Source: Barthelona sp. PCE (Eukaryota). From it: DNA of 64,000 bases. The notes under the pieces were generated by a model. The model saw nothing but the letters and a program-made list of their open reading frames with translations. It searched no databases and was not told the DNA's origin. A program made the position numbers and the translations under genes. The stretch is taken from NCBI GenBank assembly GCA_040285745.1, contig JAUFOR010000002.1, forward strand, positions 558,001-622,000, given 5' to 3'. Positions 19,467-28,714 of this stretch are shown piece by piece; positions within the stretch are counted from its first letter, which is position 1, and each line of letters opens with the position of its first letter.

Positions 19467-22400
19467 TCTGTTTTGTTCAAATTTTTAAACGCACAGATTG
19501 CAAATAGATCACTGGAAATATAACCAACTTCAATCTTACATTCTGCACAACTTAGTATATGGCCATCAGATGTAGGTACATCCATTAAACTGGGTACCAC
19601 ATTGAGAACATCTTCTTTTGAGTCCATCATATACCATTCTCTTAAACTGGCATATCGACACCTGTCCAAACATGGAATAATAAAATCTATCTCAGGTGTG
19701 TATGATTGCGGTTCCTCATCCTCTACTATTGTTGCATAACTGACGGTATGACTCAACGTTGTCTTACTTCTTGTGTGACTTGTATTGGTTGCTGTGTTTG
19801 TAGTTGAATCATATCTTCGATTACGGTGATGCTTCGTACAACAGCATGCTATTACTGATGATGTGAGCTTTGTAGTGTGTCCACAAAGGCAAACTAGTGG
19901 CTTTGGTACAATGCGCTTCCTCACAACCTTAACTACATGCTGAAAACTTGACAATGGTGAGAGTGCCGGACATACTTGTCGAAGTCGACATAGCATTTCA
20001 TATACATCACCTTCATTACCTTTAGTATAGTACAAAAGGCGAAGAATGGAAATGGTTGTACTAACATCATTGTCTTCTATAGTAATCCAAATTGTTTTAT
20101 CAACAATCTTTGCTGCCTTCACCAATCGAGTAATACGTTTCAAATGTTTCAGTTTCGAATACTGAGATAGCTCAACTGCATGTAAAACATTGTGTTCAAA
20201 CAACTGAATAGAAGATGGCTGCGATGTACTGAGTATGAACGTCTGCTGAAAAGGTACAGGACCCCACTCCAACATCTCAGGTAGATTGTCAACAATAGCC
20301 ACTGGTGTTGCATTGATACATGGATCTTCCTTGGTGAACACAATACGCTCGTATGTTGTTCGTGTTCTCAAAATGGACTCGAGAGTAATCTCAACTCTTA
20401 AAGCAACATCACGCATTATTGGTCTCTTGAGCGGATTAACGTTCAGGATGAAGTCCAACAGTCCGAGAATTGGTGGCGGTAATGTTGCTCGTTGCTCGTC
20501 GCTGAGAATAGTTGAGTCTTTCTGAACACACGAATACATATGACTGACATCGTTGGGATCAAACAAAAAATTACCTGTAAAGAGTTCATAAAGTAGTAAA
20601 CCAATGGACCATACGTCTGCTGCAAGAGGTGATGGTCTATGAAGTCGATCGAATGTTTCAGCACGTTGTTCGGAGAAAATACTGTTGCTGAACAACATTT
20701 CCGGAGATCTGATCACCTCTGTACCTCGGTTTCGCTTAAAAAATTCATCATCATCGATCGCACTAACTGGCAATGCCTCACCAAAGTCTCCAATTGCCAT
20801 TGTAAAACACAGATCATCCACTTTTGCGTTAAATAAATCCTCGTCACTTACCGAAGCAGGTGCTGAAATTAATATATTATCAAGTTTAAGGTCAAAATGT
20901 ACCAAACCGCGCTCGGCAATTGTACAACATTGCATGACAATATGGTAAAAAATGCGAAGCAACAAAAGAAAGCTGGGATTCTCCGCACGTTGACGCCAAT
21001 GATGTAATGACGTTCTATATTGTTCAATAACGATACATATACGTTCCTGGTGGATACCAAAATCATACAAGTGTGTGCATGGTATATCAGCCCGTTCATC
21101 TCTTCCATAATGCTTGTATTGGTCCATAGCCTTTAATAAACCAACAATTTCACCGAAAGCACGAGCGAAAACTGCTGACCCGCCAAAGATAGACTGGTTC
21201 GACAACTTTACGCACACATTACGAGTTGATCCAGCAGCATTCGGACAAGAAAAGACAGCACCATATCCACCTTCGCCTATCTTGATCAAATCATCACTAA
21301 TAGGAAACGTCAGCATTGCAGGACACACCAACCTCAGCAAAACAATTGCACCAATATTGCGCTGTGAAATAAACTCACCACATAAACGAGAAACGATATT
21401 CGAGTGTTGTGGATCTTGGAAGTGTTGTACTAAAACTGATACAATGTCGCACTGTAAGCGAGCTTCGTTGATTTCCTCAACGAAATTGCTTTCTAATGTT
21501 CCATGACTGGTAATAAGAACACGAAATATGATCTTTAAGATTGCAAAATAAATACTAGTATGCTGACAGATACCTGAGCAAGTACAAGTGCAAACTTTTG
21601 AAGGATTAAAGCTGGATTTTGACATTGGAGGAGTCTCACTTGATGAAAGAACATTTAAAGACTGAGACTGAAGCTTACTTTTCTTCTTAACAAAAGAATC
21701 ATCCTTCTTAATATTCATAAACATTGAATTAGACATGAATGATCCCTCTGCCAATGTGATCGAAGGTATGAATGCAGGATTGACTATCGGCTCAGGCGGG
21801 AGCAATCCATCATCTGAGTCACTGCTCAATTCAAAATCACTTTCTTCCTCTTCAGAATAAGTGAAAGTACTCTGTAAATTTGATGTATTAACCGGTGCTA
21901 AAATAGATGCAAATGCGTCAAGAATATTAAACTGCATAAAAAATGGAATTACATCCTTTCTACAACTGTCTAAAAGCGAAATAACTAAATGCGATAATGC
22001 AAGAAGGTTATGAGTTACCTTTGACATGGGTCTAAAACACCACTCCTCCAATACTGAGATATAAAGTTGTAACTGACTGGGAATTGCCTTCAGTGCAAGA
22101 TCGTCCTTCAAAAGTGGAGGAACAGAAAGAAAAGCGAGGTTTTGAAAGGATGCTAGATCTTTAAGGAATGAATAGTCCATCACAGTGAAATTATCACTCG
22201 AAATATAAGTTCTAAACCCAAAAGATAATCTGCGTACTGTTTGAGATCGCTTACCAGAAAAGAAAGCGCGCTGAAGAAGTTTCAAAACCATATCATTCAA
22301 CCAATTCCTTGAATAAACATTAAAAATCATGTTACTGAACGATAAAGCACTATCACGGTGAATCACATACGTTGGTGAATGTAATGATCTGAAAATAAGA

Positions 22401-23317
22401 TTGCAACCACTGTTTAAAAGTCGAACAATCGCTGAGGTACCCCTATGTTGAGGATTGAAATCTTTCAAACGAGAAATAATACATTTCTCCCAGTCATCTA
22501 CGGATGCTCCTGTTGATGAGTTTGATAAAAATGAAACTATATTCGTTAACAGAGTACTATCTCTAATATTATTTAAAAAAATGGTAATAATATCACAAAA
22601 GATGTCAAAAACTGTGTTACAGCTTCGTTCACATGTCACAATAGCGCTCTTTATATCAAGCAGCAAAGGAAAAATTAATCTACACGCCAACGGTAACACT
22701 TGACTCTTGCTAGCTGCACTTAAAAAGTCAACAAGAAACCGTAGGTATGGCTCACAGCTCTTGATAAATGAGTCTGTGTTGGTTAGATCAAGTAAATGAC
22801 GTGAAATCTTTGATATTATTTTGAACTGAATGTGCAATTGCTTACATGTAACTTTAAACAATGTATTCACTGCAATACTTCTCGCACGTCTTTCAAACTC
22901 ACCCTTTTGTTTGTAAATACGTAAACATAAATAAAAAATTGAATGATAAAGACTACGAGTCAGAATAGGATTTAATCGACTTGAAGTCTCCCATAACAAC
23001 TCAAGTTGAAGTATTAGAGTATTTGAATCGATTTTAGCACTTGGTACTGTTGATGGTGAATCGAAAAACCCTTCATCAAAAAGATTTAAAAGTTCCATTG
23101 CAAGGAAACGTTTTGCTGTACCAATTCCCGCAAGAGATGCAATGATTTGAAGCTCGTTATCGGTGTCCCTATTCTTCTCAAGCAGCTCTCTTCTTGACGA
23201 ACGACTTCTGAGCGTTGACATTGGGCTGGTCATATTCGTAAGCTCTAAACTGAGTGTCGGAATCACAGATCCGCTGAAGCGTCCGGAGCCCGGAGCCTTG
23301 GGAATCGCTGGGAGCAT
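19463..23317 (-). CDS. Ser/Thr protein kinase with long N-terminal helical region and C-terminal degenerate DSP-like and Cys-rich regions
   Basis: GEGGYGAV, VCVK, HFDLKLDNILI, GDFG, GTEVIRSPE and DVWSIGLLLYELFTG are all present. Confidence 0.9.
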   Translation of the reverse strand: MLPAIPKAPGSGRFSGSVIPTLSLELTNMTSPMSTLRSRSSRRELLEKNRDTDNELQIIASLAGIGTAKRFLAMELLNLFDEGFFDSPSTVPSAKIDSNTLILQLELLWETSSRLNPILTRSLYHSIFYLCLRIYKQKGEFERRARSIAVNTLFKVTCKQLHIQFKIISKISRHLLDLTNTDSFIKSCEPYLRFLVDFLSAASKSQVLPLACRLIFPLLLDIKSAIVTCERSCNTVFDIFCDIITIFLNNIRDSTLLTNIVSFLSNSSTGASVDDWEKCIISRLKDFNPQHRGTSAIVRLLNSGCNLIFRSLHSPTYVIHRDSALSFSNMIFNVYSRNWLNDMVLKLLQRAFFSGKRSQTVRRLSFGFRTYISSDNFTVMDYSFLKDLASFQNLAFLSVPPLLKDDLALKAIPSQLQLYISVLEEWCFRPMSKVTHNLLALSHLVISLLDSCRKDVIPFFMQFNILDAFASILAPVNTSNLQSTFTYSEEEESDFELSSDSDDGLLPPEPIVNPAFIPSITLAEGSFMSNSMFMNIKKDDSFVKKKSKLQSQSLNVLSSSETPPMSKSSFNPSKVCTCTCSGICQHTSIYFAILKIIFRVLITSHGTLESNFVEEINEARLQCDIVSVLVQHFQDPQHSNIVSRLCGEFISQRNIGAIVLLRLVCPAMLTFPISDDLIKIGEGGYGAVFSCPNAAGSTRNVCVKLSNQSIFGGSAVFARAFGEIVGLLKAMDQYKHYGRDERADIPCTHLYDFGIHQERICIVIEQYRTSLHHWRQRAENPSFLLLLRIFYHIVMQCCTIAERGLVHFDLKLDNILISAPASVSDEDLFNAKVDDLCFTMAIGDFGEALPVSAIDDDEFFKRNRGTEVIRSPEMLFSNSIFSEQRAETFDRLHRPSPLAADVWSIGLLLYELFTGNFLFDPNDVSHMYSCVQKDSTILSDEQRATLPPPILGLLDFILNVNPLKRPIMRDVALRVEITLESILRTRTTYERIVFTKEDPCINATPVAIVDNLPEMLEWGPVPFQQTFILSTSQPSSIQLFEHNVLHAVELSQYSKLKHLKRITRLVKAAKIVDKTIWITIEDNDVSTTISILRLLYYTKGNEGDVYEMLCRLRQVCPALSPLSSFQHVVKVVRKRIVPKPLVCLCGHTTKLTSSVIACCCTKHHRNRRYDSTTNTATNTSHTRSKTTLSHTVSYATIVEDEEPQSYTPEIDFIIPCLDRCRYASLREWYMMDSKEDVLNVVPSLMDVPTSDGHILSCAECKIEVGYISSDLFAICAFKNLNKTD

Positions 23318-23414
23318 ATGAACAAAACCCTAAAAACAACAAAGGTCTTGAAAAGTGGAAAAAAATGAATACGCAATTATTGACGTTTACATCTGGACAA
23401 ACACGCCTCTTGTT

Positions 23415-24839
23415 TTATTGAACCTCTTCTTTTGGAACAAAATGATGCCTAGGACCAAATGAAAAATTCTTCTCATTCAATCGTGTCAACTCAGAACGAA
23501 CACTACATACTTCATTTATGTTCTTGCTATGCAGCTTATCACCGCAAAAGTGACACACTAAATCTAAATCTTTTTGCTTCTCTTTCAAACTTTGAATTTC
23601 CATCCTACAACGTTCATTTTCTTCAATAGATGCATTCATCTCTCGCTTTACGTCATCTAATAGCCGTTCATAGTCATGTTTAACTTCATCTATTTGATTT
23701 TTATACTTCTTAATCATAATAACACTCTGTTCCTTCTCATCAAAAGAAGTTTCCCATTCTTTTAAAACATCTTTAACTTCTGCCATCGCTGGCTGTTCGA
23801 TTTCTGGGAGTTCTAACTTCAATATAGAATCTAATTGCTTATACAATGCTTCAAAATTTCGAATAAATTCGACAATACTTAAGTCATCGATTTTTACCTT
23901 TTGCAATAACTGATCTAATCTCTTTTGCAGTATAATCATGTTATTATCAATGCTCAGTGAGGTGAATCTGATTTGATTGTTGAGATTATCAATTATCCTC
24001 TCAACAATAATCTGATTTCCCAACTCAATATCATACTTCTTATCCAATATCTTCCTTTTAATGTTCTTTAGTTGATTAATGTTGTGAATAATAGATTGCT
24101 TCTTCTTTGGAAGTTCATTATGAATCAAAAAATCAATCTTGCTTCTGTACAATTTCTCTGCTTCTGTCAGAGTTAAAATACTGTGATTGTCATGCAGAGA
24201 TGTTCCAATGCATGATTCACATACAAATATCTGACAATCTTCACAAAAATGTGTCACAAATATATCTGAATGAATCATACAACGTATCCTATACAATTCA
24301 GCCATTTCTATTCCAAAAATCTTATGATTAGAGAACGATGGGATACTATGGATGGTACTTGAACAATCTACACACAATTTAAGCTGACAAGAGTCACAGT
24401 ATTGAACTGCTCTTGCTGATACCTTAGAACAACTTTCACATATATCAAAAGTCTCTGGTGTACCCTTCAAATCCACTAAAGGGGTTGTGTTTGGTGTGGG
24501 GGGAAGCTCTTCCTTTGGTGATTCAACTTCAGGAACTTCAACTGCCAATGATTCTTCTTCTTCACTAGAACGTCTGGATTTCTTACGTGAAGAACTTTCG
24601 CTTTTACGCGAACTTGATCCGGAACGTGAACTTGATCCAGAACGTGAACTGGAACTTGATGAAGAGCGAGAACTCTTCTTTCCTTTACGACTGGATGAAG
24701 ATGACTTCTTTGATCGGCTGGAGCTGCTGCTCTTCCTGCTCTTTGAACCCTCCTTGCTTGATGAATCCTCGTTGCTTGAAGAACGTTTCTTAGAACGTTT
24801 GCGCGATTCTGATTTCTCCCCTGATTTGCGTGAGGGCAT
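23415..24839 (-). CDS. B-box zinc finger coiled-coil protein (TRIM-like, no RING) with S/R/K-rich N-terminus
   Basis: Two B-boxes (CESC...YCDSCQLKLCVDC...H...H; CMIH...FCEDCQIFVCESC...HDNH) followed by coiled coil. Confidence 0.85.
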   Translation of the reverse strand: MPSRKSGEKSESRKRSKKRSSSNEDSSSKEGSKSRKSSSSSRSKKSSSSSRKGKKSSRSSSSSSSRSGSSSRSGSSSRKSESSSRKKSRRSSEEEESLAVEVPEVESPKEELPPTPNTTPLVDLKGTPETFDICESCSKVSARAVQYCDSCQLKLCVDCSSTIHSIPSFSNHKIFGIEMAELYRIRCMIHSDIFVTHFCEDCQIFVCESCIGTSLHDNHSILTLTEAEKLYRSKIDFLIHNELPKKKQSIIHNINQLKNIKRKILDKKYDIELGNQIIVERIIDNLNNQIRFTSLSIDNNMIILQKRLDQLLQKVKIDDLSIVEFIRNFEALYKQLDSILKLELPEIEQPAMAEVKDVLKEWETSFDEKEQSVIMIKKYKNQIDEVKHDYERLLDDVKREMNASIEENERCRMEIQSLKEKQKDLDLVCHFCGDKLHSKNINEVCSVRSELTRLNEKNFSFGPRHHFVPKEEVQ

Positions 24840-24953
24840 GTGTGAAAAGGTGAAAAATGCTGATAAAACTGTTCTTTAGAATACGAATGAGTTGAAAAAT
24901 CTGTTTTCGAGTTCTTTCCCTTTCTTTAACAATCATTTTGAGACCTATCCCGC

Positions 24954-25847
24954 ATGGATATCGATAAGGCTATCGAAACGGTACTTAAATGTGAGTGTCT
25001 ACCTCTTAATGAGTATAAACTGTTGCTGATGTATGTGAAGGAGATTTTCGCTCAGGAACCAAATATTCTTCATGTAACATCGCCGATTTCGGTGGTAGGT
25101 GACATCCATGGTCAATTTTTCGACTTATTGAAACTTTTTGAAGTTGGTGGTGAACTTCCTAACACAAAATACGTATTTCTTGGTGACTACGTCGACCGTG
25201 GGTACTATTCCATTCAGACCATAACATATTTACTGCTCTTAAAGGCAAAATACCCTTCAAGAATTACTCTCATCCGTGGTAATCACGAAAGTCGTGGAGT
25301 CACCTTCCTATATGGCTTCTACAAGGATATGGCCGATGAGTACGGAACTATTCAAGCCTGGCAGCTAACGATGGAAGTTTTCGATCATTTACCTGTGGGT
25401 GCATTGATAGATCAAACCAAGCTGTGTATTCACGGCGGTTTGTCCCCGGACGCCCCCACAATTGAAAGTTTACAGAACTGCTACAGAATTGATGAAATTC
25501 CAATTATAGGACCGTTAGCTGATGTTGCATGGTCTGATCCTGATGCTATATCAAGTGGATTCGCCAAGAGCGGAAGAGGTGCAGGTCACCTATTCGGTGA
25601 AAGTGAAGTCAATTGCTTTTGTCATGGAAACGATGTGGATATTATTATTAGAGCTCATCAAATGATGGATAAGGGCTTTAACTACCACTATGAATCGAAA
25701 AAATTGGTCACAGTATGGAGTGCTCCCAACTATTGTTATAGATATGGCAATGCAGCTTCAGTAATGGTTGTAGACAATCAAAACGTTCATTTCAAGGTGT
25801 TTACAGCTGTGCCTGCCAGTCAAAGAATGACTCCAGAAGCTAAATAG
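24954..25847 (+). CDS. PP2A-family (PP4/PP6-like) Ser/Thr phosphatase catalytic subunit
   Basis: GDIHGQ, GDYVDRG, RGNHE, HGGLSP, WSDP, RAHQ and WSAPNYCYR motifs. Confidence 0.93.
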   Translation: MDIDKAIETVLKCECLPLNEYKLLLMYVKEIFAQEPNILHVTSPISVVGDIHGQFFDLLKLFEVGGELPNTKYVFLGDYVDRGYYSIQTITYLLLLKAKYPSRITLIRGNHESRGVTFLYGFYKDMADEYGTIQAWQLTMEVFDHLPVGALIDQTKLCIHGGLSPDAPTIESLQNCYRIDEIPIIGPLADVAWSDPDAISSGFAKSGRGAGHLFGESEVNCFCHGNDVDIIIRAHQMMDKGFNYHYESKKLVTVWSAPNYCYRYGNAASVMVVDNQNVHFKVFTAVPASQRMTPEAK

Positions 25848-25928
25848 TGTTTAATGAATAAAACAAGGATGTTATGTTAAATTTGAGGAAATTGTAACTT
25901 GCTACTTGATGTTATTTCACTTCTTTCA

Positions 25929-26897
25929 ATGGATATAGTTGGTAAACATCTTCATCACCCAGTTTTTTGGGCTTTAAAAGCTGGTATTGGCGCTGTATTA
26001 GCACTTTGGTTTGACCTTGTTTTGAGTAATCCAGATCACATTTCCAGTGTGTTTATATGTTGCCTTGCAACAAGTCCTCTTATATCTGTGGGCATTTCTC
26101 GATCAAGAACAATCATGATTGGTGCTTTCATTGGTGCCTTTTTTACAGCTCCATTTTTGTGGTATTCTGTGAATCACTTCATCGTCATTCCCATTGCTGT
26201 TTTGTTAGTTGTTTATATTGGAGCTAGATTCATTCAATACATCGACTATGGAGCGATAGCATTCTCGCCCATTTTCCTTTACTATGTCCAGTTCGATAAC
26301 CCACTAAATACACTCCGTATCCGTGTATTGGCCCCTGCTATTGGTTGTTTTTCAAGTCTTCTGGTCACTTTCTTTGTTTCGTTTTTCGTTGCAGAAGATA
26401 TGTACAAGAAGCGGTTCACAAGCATGCTAAACGGCATTGTCGATGACATCGTGAAGCATGTTGAGACCAAAAAAGCACTGTCACATGTCACCCTTCACAT
26501 TCATCACACATCAATCAACCACTTAGTTAACGAACTTATTCTAGGTTATAAGGAAGGTAAAGTACGGAAGCGTATTTTCAGACATGATCTTGATGGTGTA
26601 GCCACCCGTTTGCTCGAATATTGTTATGCTTTGAGTCATTTTCTAAATGTTATTGGACGGGAAGATTTGAGTATTATTGATGATGAACTTCAGAAAAGCA
26701 TTTTAGATATTCTTGAAATGAAAAAAGCACCTGATTCAAACTTTAAGAGTCAGTGGGAATACGTGATACACGATAGTTTATTAATTGTTTATGACAGTTT
26801 AATCACTTGCAACGATAAGTATACCGAAGATAATCCATACAGAACAAAACTACATACCGTAATGGACCACGTTCATGTTGTTGAAAACCTAGTTTGA
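25929..26897 (+). CDS. FUSC / aromatic acid exporter (ArAE)-like membrane protein
   Basis: About five N-terminal TM segments with the pattern WALKAGIGAVLALWF...CCLATSP...GISRSRTIMIGAFIGA, then a soluble helical C-terminal domain. Confidence 0.6.
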   Translation: MDIVGKHLHHPVFWALKAGIGAVLALWFDLVLSNPDHISSVFICCLATSPLISVGISRSRTIMIGAFIGAFFTAPFLWYSVNHFIVIPIAVLLVVYIGARFIQYIDYGAIAFSPIFLYYVQFDNPLNTLRIRVLAPAIGCFSSLLVTFFVSFFVAEDMYKKRFTSMLNGIVDDIVKHVETKKALSHVTLHIHHTSINHLVNELILGYKEGKVRKRIFRHDLDGVATRLLEYCYALSHFLNVIGREDLSIIDDELQKSILDILEMKKAPDSNFKSQWEYVIHDSLLIVYDSLITCNDKYTEDNPYRTKLHTVMDHVHVVENLV

Positions 26898-28676
26898 GAT
26901 GGATAATACAACACGTTTACCACTCTGATCAGTATGTATTATTGATTGATCAATCAAATACTCGATTATTTCATCAAAATTGCTCACTATATATTTGTGA
27001 AGATAAGTTGGTTGTAAATCAATTAACGTATTCCTTAAAGTACTCAATAAAATTCTATTCTTTTCACTTCTCTTTATGATCTTAACCACATAAGAGATTA
27101 AAAATTGATCTTTTCTATTCCAATTATTCACATTTTCCAATCCTTTGTAAAAAAACGAATCAAATATTGAATCTATATAAGGATTAAATGCATTAGTATC
27201 AACACAAATGCTACTATTAAACACATACTTATAGTTTCTAATCTCTAAAATGTTCTTATCAATCATGATATCAAGAAATAAAGAAAAATAGCTTGGATAT
27301 GATGATAACATAGTGGAAACAACATCCTTTGCAACAGAATTTCTTACCATACATAAAATATAAAGTTGAAATGTTGATAAAACAATTGAGCAGTTGGAGA
27401 GTCGAATTGATACCCTTGAAAACGGAGATATCTTTATAGAAACATCATCGTTGGATGGAAATGATTGAGTAAATGTTCTTTGTATGACCAAAGGAAATTC
27501 TGACAAAGGAATACAATGCAAATTGTTCCCATAGCCAAGAAAAGAAATTGAAAATTGATTAGAAGTAGGGCAGTTAAGATATGCATCAAAGAAATAAGCA
27601 CAAACAAAAATGTTCACATTACTTAAAACAAACTTTGAGAAATGCATCTTTGGGAAATCGAGCTGATTACCTATTAATATGGAAATTATCAATTTAAGCA
27701 ATTCAATACGGTTATTGAATATCATCAGAGAACTAAACAACCCAAAAGAAACATCAAATAATAATATATCAGATTGAGAAAAAAAATATTGAACAAATCT
27801 CTTCATGAATGTTTTAGTTACCTTGCGATGGTCCCAAAGTTTAAATTCTTCGAAAAATCTTGCAATAAATGACTTATAATCATAAGGAATATCATAAAAT
27901 TCTGCCTTCTGACAAAATACAAGAATATTATCCATATTCAACGTGGATGATTGATTGTTTGGTTGTTTTGGTTGTAATTTCGCGGTTATACAAGGGAATA
28001 TTTGTTGAAAATCTGAATATACAATGGTAATACTTTGAATTAATTCAAATACAGCCTTGTTCTTTAATATTAAATCATTCATATCATTAAAAAACAATTC
28101 CTTAACATAGAATTCGGCATTAGTTGAAAGCTTAGCCAATGAACGTAAGAAATAGTTGCAAGTCAATAAAAAGTGATCAAACATCAACTTTCCTGCTTCA
28201 GACATTGAAGTTTGCAGTCTGAAGTCTACTGCTACAAGACAATCAGAGATCCTTGACCTAAAAAGTGCAATGGAACTCTGTGTAAGAGCTTGTGTTGAAA
28301 AAAACTCATTCAACACCTTGTAAAGTGCACTGCAAAGGGTACAACGAAGAGTCTGCATTTGTGCGGTGGATTCGTTCCATTTAAAACGATACATATCAAA
28401 TACAACCTGACATCTATCATAAAATTTGGTGAGTGTCGTTTCTGCTTCTAAGATCCCTTTGTTTTCAACAAATATACCCAGAATCGTGGACAAAGTCTGA
28501 GCACTAATGCGTTTCTTTCCAGTAAAAAAAAAAGAATAAAATGCATTATTAAGGTTCAATAGAACCTTTTCTTCATCTTTCTCACGTAAACCTCGATGAT
28601 ACGGCCTTCTAGACCACATATCAAAGAAACAAAACAATAGATAGGGGAAATAATTCGTTTTAACATATATTCTCAT
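26889..28676 (-). CDS. Highly divergent cullin-like protein
   Basis: C-terminal KDQFLISYVVKIIK...IIEYLIDQSIIHTD resembles the cullin neddylation winged helix; IVLSTFQLYIL resembles the cullin VSTxQxxIL motif. The start may be 28619. Confidence 0.55.
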   Translation of the reverse strand: MRIYVKTNYFPYLLFCFFDMWSRRPYHRGLREKDEEKVLLNLNNAFYSFFFTGKKRISAQTLSTILGIFVENKGILEAETTLTKFYDRCQVVFDMYRFKWNESTAQMQTLRCTLCSALYKVLNEFFSTQALTQSSIALFRSRISDCLVAVDFRLQTSMSEAGKLMFDHFLLTCNYFLRSLAKLSTNAEFYVKELFFNDMNDLILKNKAVFELIQSITIVYSDFQQIFPCITAKLQPKQPNNQSSTLNMDNILVFCQKAEFYDIPYDYKSFIARFFEEFKLWDHRKVTKTFMKRFVQYFFSQSDILLFDVSFGLFSSLMIFNNRIELLKLIISILIGNQLDFPKMHFSKFVLSNVNIFVCAYFFDAYLNCPTSNQFSISFLGYGNNLHCIPLSEFPLVIQRTFTQSFPSNDDVSIKISPFSRVSIRLSNCSIVLSTFQLYILCMVRNSVAKDVVSTMLSSYPSYFSLFLDIMIDKNILEIRNYKYVFNSSICVDTNAFNPYIDSIFDSFFYKGLENVNNWNRKDQFLISYVVKIIKRSEKNRILLSTLRNTLIDLQPTYLHKYIVSNFDEIIEYLIDQSIIHTDQSGKRVVLSISN

Positions 28677-28714
28677 TTACACATCAATACTATTGCATTA
28701 ATCTCGATCATTGG

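Noticed and set aside
24487-24879. Plus-strand ORF with RELDPE repeats
   Set aside because: Antisense reading of the Ser/Arg-rich N-terminus of the B-box gene.
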